Source of the DNA: Acidimicrobiales bacterium
GTDB lineage: Bacteria; Actinomycetota; Acidimicrobiia; Acidimicrobiales; DATDAH01
DNA: 64,000 nt
NCBI GenBank assembly: GCA_044221555.1
Contig: JBGAOY010000012.1
Coordinates: 5,055 to 69,054 of the forward strand
Direction: 5' to 3'
Numbering within the stretch: position 1 is the first letter of the stretch; each line of letters opens with the position of its first letter. Shown piece by piece: positions 60,434 through 64,000 of the stretch. The notes under the pieces are model-generated. The model was given only the letters and a program-made list of their open reading frames with translations, was not told the origin of the DNA and searched no databases. A program made the position numbers and the translations under genes.

Positions 60434-62278
60434 CTAGTAGCTCCAGAGGTAGTCGGGCTTGGCGCCGGCGCCGTACCAGAGGACGTCGTCGTTGCCGTTG
60501 CCGTCGTAGTCGCCCGGCAGGGGGGCGTCGTAGTTGCCGTTGACGGTGACGTTGGCGGCCCGGAAGGTGCGGGCGCTGCCGCCGTACCAGGTGCCGTCGG
60601 GCCGGGAGCCGGCGCCGTACCAGATGATGTCGTCGCGGCCGTCGTCGTTGTAGTCGCCGATCACCGGCTGGGTGTCGCCGGTCTCGTTGATGCCCTGGCC
60701 GGTGAAGCCGCCGTCGGTGTCGCCGAACCACAGGTAGTCGAGGGCCTGGCCGGGGCCGTACCAGAAGATGTCCGAGCGACGGTCGCCGTCGAAGTCACCG
60801 GCGAAGGCCCGGTAGTTGCCGTCCGCCCTGATGTTCTGGCCGGCGAAGCCGTAGCCGGTGCCCTGCCACAGGTAGTCGAAGCCGGTACCCGGCTGGTACC
60901 AGAGCACGTCGTCGTAGCGGTCGCCGTTGAAGTCGCCGACCATCGGCCGGTCGTAGGCCCGCCCGACGGCGATGTCCTTCCCGCTGAACGATCCGTTGCG
61001 CTGGCCCAGCCACAGGTAGTCGGGGTTGGCGCCGGTGCCGTACCAGAGGATGTCGTCGCGGCGATCCCGGTTGAAGTCGCCCACGAGGGGTTGGTACACG
61101 CCCCGCACGGTCACCGGACGGGCATCGAACCCGCCGTCGCCGTTGCCGAACCACAGGTAGTCGGAGCGGTCGCCGGCCCCGTACCAGAGCACGTCGGCCT
61201 CGCCGTCACCGTTGAAGTCACCGCTCACCGGGGCGTCGTAGGTGCCGCCGACCGACACCTTGCTCGAGCGCACCTGGCCCGCCGGCGGTGTGGTCGTCGG
61301 TGGGGTGGTGGTCGGCGGCGGCGGTGTGGTGGTGGTGGTCGTGCCACCCGGCCGGCCGTAGTTGCCCCGCCAGAAGCTGGTGCTCTTGGCGCCACCGGCC
61401 CGGGTGAAGCTGAAGTGCACGTGGTCGGTGTGCGGCACCGGCCCGGAGTAGGGCTGCCAGCCGGCGTCCACCCGGTAGAGCCGGAACATCTGGTGGTTCC
61501 AGATGACGTACATCAGGCCGAGCCGGCGGGCCATCGCGTAGCGATTGCCCGAACGGTCCGTGGCGAACAGCCACGACATCAGGCGGGCCACCTTGGCCCG
61601 GTCGGCGCTGCTGTTGGCGTTCATGCCCCAGTCCCAGGCACGGCCTTCCTTGTGCTCGCTGGTGCCGCCGATGTTGCAGGCCCGGACGATGCCGTAGTCG
61701 GCGCCGCCGAACGCCTCCATCACCATCGAGCGGAACGAGCCGGTGCCGGGCTTGGTGGTGGGGCTGCAGGTCGACTGGCCGTCGTAGCTGGGGAAGGGCT
61801 CGATGGCCGAGCTCTCGGTGGGTGCGAACGACGGGGCCGCCGGAGCCCCGCGGCCCTCGCCGGTGACGGTGAAGCTGCGCCCGGCGTAGACGACCGGGTC
61901 GAACTCGTCGAACCCGGGGTAGACGCACCGCGCCGCCAGGCGGTAGTCGGCGGCCGGCGTGCCGGCGGGCACCACCAGGGCGCCGCTCCACTGGCCGTCG
62001 CGCCGGACGGGGATGGTGGCGCTGGCCACCACCGGCCCGTTGGCGGTGTGCAGGTCGATGATCACGCCGTCGCCGGCGGTGGACGTGGCGGGCAGCAGGC
62101 ACCCGGTGCCCGAGGCCTTGATGCGGGTGCCGGTCAGGCCCCGCTCGGGGCTGCTGGCGAAGGTGGGCCCGGACTCAGAGCCGGCGGCGATCGACCCCAG
62201 GTTCGGGACGATGAGCGTGGCTGCCCCCACCACGCCGGCGAGGAGGACGGCGACCATCCTCCGAGAAATGTGCTGCAC
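60434..62278 (-). CDS. secreted protein: N-terminal Ig-like region, LAS/M15-type zinc peptidase-like domain, Thr/Pro linker, FG-GAP/VCBS beta-propeller
   Basis: Signal peptide. SEHKEGRAWD fits the LAS motif SxHxxGxAxD, and HTDHVH supplies the HxH. TTTTTTPPPPTTTPPTTTPP linker. About 5.6 repeats of ~47 aa, GDFNGDGxxDxLWYG...DYLW. Confidence 0.75.
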   Translation of the reverse strand: MQHISRRMVAVLLAGVVGAATLIVPNLGSIAAGSESGPTFASSPERGLTGTRIKASGTGCLLPATSTAGDGVIIDLHTANGPVVASATIPVRRDGQWSGALVVPAGTPAADYRLAARCVYPGFDEFDPVVYAGRSFTVTGEGRGAPAAPSFAPTESSAIEPFPSYDGQSTCSPTTKPGTGSFRSMVMEAFGGADYGIVRACNIGGTSEHKEGRAWDWGMNANSSADRAKVARLMSWLFATDRSGNRYAMARRLGLMYVIWNHQMFRLYRVDAGWQPYSGPVPHTDHVHFSFTRAGGAKSTSFWRGNYGRPGGTTTTTTPPPPTTTPPTTTPPAGQVRSSKVSVGGTYDAPVSGDFNGDGEADVLWYGAGDRSDYLWFGNGDGGFDARPVTVRGVYQPLVGDFNRDRRDDILWYGTGANPDYLWLGQRNGSFSGKDIAVGRAYDRPMVGDFNGDRYDDVLWYQPGTGFDYLWQGTGYGFAGQNIRADGNYRAFAGDFDGDRRSDIFWYGPGQALDYLWFGDTDGGFTGQGINETGDTQPVIGDYNDDGRDDIIWYGAGSRPDGTWYGGSARTFRAANVTVNGNYDAPLPGDYDGNGNDDVLWYGAGAKPDYLWSY

Positions 62279-62474
62279 GTTGGCCTACCCCACTAGATCG
62301 ACAACAGTTGTCGTACGCCCGTGCAGTCATGATCGGAGCTTAGCTCATCGACTTGACCACTTTGGGTGAGGTCAGTGGTCACGAATGGTGGTCGAAACCG
62401 ACCAGGCGGCCGGTGGGGGACGGGCGGGCCGTTCGGGGTTGTCGCCGACCGTCGCTTCGGTTTACGCTCGTGTT

Positions 62475-62490
62475 GTTACCAGGCGGTAAC
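62475..62490. promoter_or_regulatory. palindrome GTTACC-N4-GGTAAC upstream of the acyl-CoA dehydrogenase gene (possible TetR/FadR-type operator)
   Basis: Perfect 6-4-6 inverted repeat, 42 nt upstream of ATG 62532, in a lower-GC intergenic region. Confidence 0.3.
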
Positions 62491-62531
62491 TTGTGTCGCT
62501 CTCGTCGTCTCCCGACCTTCAGAGGTGTGCC

Positions 62532-63746
62532 ATGGCCACGTTCTCGCTGGAACTGAACGAGGATCAGCTGCAACTGCAGAAGTGGATCCACGATTTCGCA
62601 GAGGGGGTCGTGCGCCCGGTCGCCTCCGAATGGGACGAGCGCGAGGAGACCCCGTGGCCCGTCATCGAGGAGGCGGCCAAGATCGGGCTGTACAGCTTCG
62701 ACTTCTTCGCCAACGCCTTCGCCGACGAGACCGGCCTCACCATCCCGGTGGCCATGGAGGAGCTGTTCTGGGGCGACGCCGGCATCGGCCTGTCCATCGT
62801 GGGCACGGTGCTCGGGGTGGCCGGGATCATGGCCAACGGCACGCCTGAGCAGATCGGCGAGTGGGTGCCGCAGTGCTTCGGCACGCCCGAGAAGATCATG
62901 ATGTCGGCGTTCTGCGTGAGCGAGCCCGATGCCGGCTCCGACGTCAGCTCGCTCCGCACCACCGCGGTCTACGACGAGGCCAAGGACGAGTGGGTCCTCA
63001 ACGGCCAGAAGACCTGGATCACCAACGGCGGCATCGCCGACATCCACGTGGTGGTGGCCTCGGTCGACCGCGACCTCAAGGGCCGCGGCCAGGCGTCGTT
63101 CGTCGTGCCGCCCGGCACGCCCGGCATCAGCCAGGGCACCAAGTTCAAGAAGCACGGCATCCGGGCCAGCCACACCGCCGAGGTGATCCTCGACGACTGC
63201 CGGGTGCCCGGCTCGTGCCTGCTCGGCGGCAAGGAGAAGCTCGACGAGCGCCTGGCCCGGGCCCGCGAGGGCAAGAGCAGCAAGGTGCAGGCGGCCATGG
63301 CCACCTTCGAGGCCACCCGCCCGTCGGTCGCGGCCCAGGCCGTCGGCGTCGCCCGGGCGTCCTACGAGTACGCGCTCGAGTACGCCAAGGAGCGCAAGCA
63401 GTTCGGCAAGCCCATCATCGAGAACCAGTCGATCGCGTTCATGCTCGCCAACATGAAGACCGAGATCGACGCGTCCCGCCTGCTGGTGTGGCGGGCGGCG
63501 TGGATGGGTCGCACCGGCAAGCCCTTCGAGAACGCCGAGGGCTCGATGTCGAAGCTCAAGGCCGGCCGCACCGCGGTGTGGGTCACCGAGCGGGCGATCC
63601 AGATCCTGGGCGGCTACGGCTACGTCCGCGAGTACCCGGTCGAGCGCTGGCACCGCGACGCCAAGATCTACGACATCTTCGAAGGTGCCGAGCAGATCCA
63701 GGAGCTCGTGATCGCCCGGGCCATCAGCGGCATCCGCATCCAGTAG
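62532..63746 (+). CDS. acyl-CoA dehydrogenase
   Basis: ATG 62532 with an AGAGG SD. CVSEPDAGSDV, WITNGG and IFEGAEQIQELVIARAI are typical ACAD segments. Confidence 0.9.
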   Translation: MATFSLELNEDQLQLQKWIHDFAEGVVRPVASEWDEREETPWPVIEEAAKIGLYSFDFFANAFADETGLTIPVAMEELFWGDAGIGLSIVGTVLGVAGIMANGTPEQIGEWVPQCFGTPEKIMMSAFCVSEPDAGSDVSSLRTTAVYDEAKDEWVLNGQKTWITNGGIADIHVVVASVDRDLKGRGQASFVVPPGTPGISQGTKFKKHGIRASHTAEVILDDCRVPGSCLLGGKEKLDERLARAREGKSSKVQAAMATFEATRPSVAAQAVGVARASYEYALEYAKERKQFGKPIIENQSIAFMLANMKTEIDASRLLVWRAAWMGRTGKPFENAEGSMSKLKAGRTAVWVTERAIQILGGYGYVREYPVERWHRDAKIYDIFEGAEQIQELVIARAISGIRIQ

Positions 63747-63756
63747 GCATCACACT

Positions 63757-64000
63757 GGCTCCTCGTCCCTCGGAGCGGCTTCGCCATCCGGTTCGCCCGT
63801 ACCGCAGCTCCGCTCCGCTCCGCAGCCTCACGTGACACGACATTGGCTCCTCGTCCCTCGGAGCGGCTTCGCCATCCGGTTCGCCCGTACCGCAGCTCCG
63901 CTCCGCTCCGCAGCCTCACGTGACACGACACTGGCTCCTCGTCCCTCGGAGCGGCTTCGCCATCCGGTTCGCCCGTACCGCAGCTCCGCTCCGCTCCGCA
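63757..64000 (+). repeat. 88-bp tandem repeat, at least 2.8 copies, truncated by window end
   Basis: The unit GGCTCCTCGTCCCTCGGAGCGGCTTCGCCATCCGGTTCGCCCGTACCGCAGCTCCGCTCCGCTCCGCAGCCTCACGTGACACGACA(C/T)T starts at 63757, 63845 and 63933. Copies are identical except for one C/T. Confidence 0.95.

Noticed and set aside
60416-62296. 626-aa plus-strand ORF opposite the FG-GAP gene.
   Set aside because: The antisense of a repeat-rich gene produces a repetitive Val/Ala/Gly ORF. The minus frame gives canonical FG-GAP repeats and a signal peptide.

Overview
Very GC-rich, densely coding chromosomal segment of actinobacterial type; the G/C-dominated third codon positions make long antisense shadow ORFs common. 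I support about 55 protein genes. I recognised no rRNA, tRNA, CRISPR array or transposase. All calls come from motif and architecture recognition by eye plus the ORF track, with no database search. Ordinary content: a partial acyl-CoA synthetase, SurE-like nucleotidase, arylsulfatase, LLM oxidoreductase, two cytochrome P450s, a CoA-transferase, an ABC-2 exporter, an Ada/AlkA plus Ogt alkylation-repair pair, a YihY membrane protein, an ECF sigma factor, a beta-lactamase-fold hydrolase, an RDD protein, a YpfJ Zn-peptidase, an M20 peptidase, SGNH and DJ-1 family proteins, a glutamine-synthetase-like enzyme, an SDR, the molybdate operon (regulator-modABC), a DUF222/HNH gene, an MscS-like channel, xylA plus a GH3 glycosidase, divergent valS/cysS and an acyl-CoA dehydrogenase. 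Most unusual is a cell-envelope glycan island at about 14.8-28.3 kb. It holds a ~1,440-aa protein that appears to fuse a Wzx-like flippase, an apparently intact APH-type kinase and a second GT-C-like polytopic domain, with two start/stop-overlapped mini membrane proteins behind it. A secreted multidomain protein with a nucleoside-hydrolase-like domain lies divergent to it. A six-gene overlap-coupled operon follows (3x GT2, CE4 deacetylase, FemAB/CelD-like acyltransferase, GH16). The two operon heads share a ~30-nt motif. Other leads are a 928-aa PRTase / HRD-segment / HAD-IIB fusion, a dispersed intergenic repeat family (88-bp tandem array at the window end, copies abutting stop and start codons), an 18-bp x3 tandem repeat that carries a stop codon, an 18-bp perfect hairpin inside the mod operon, and several probable leaderless promoters.
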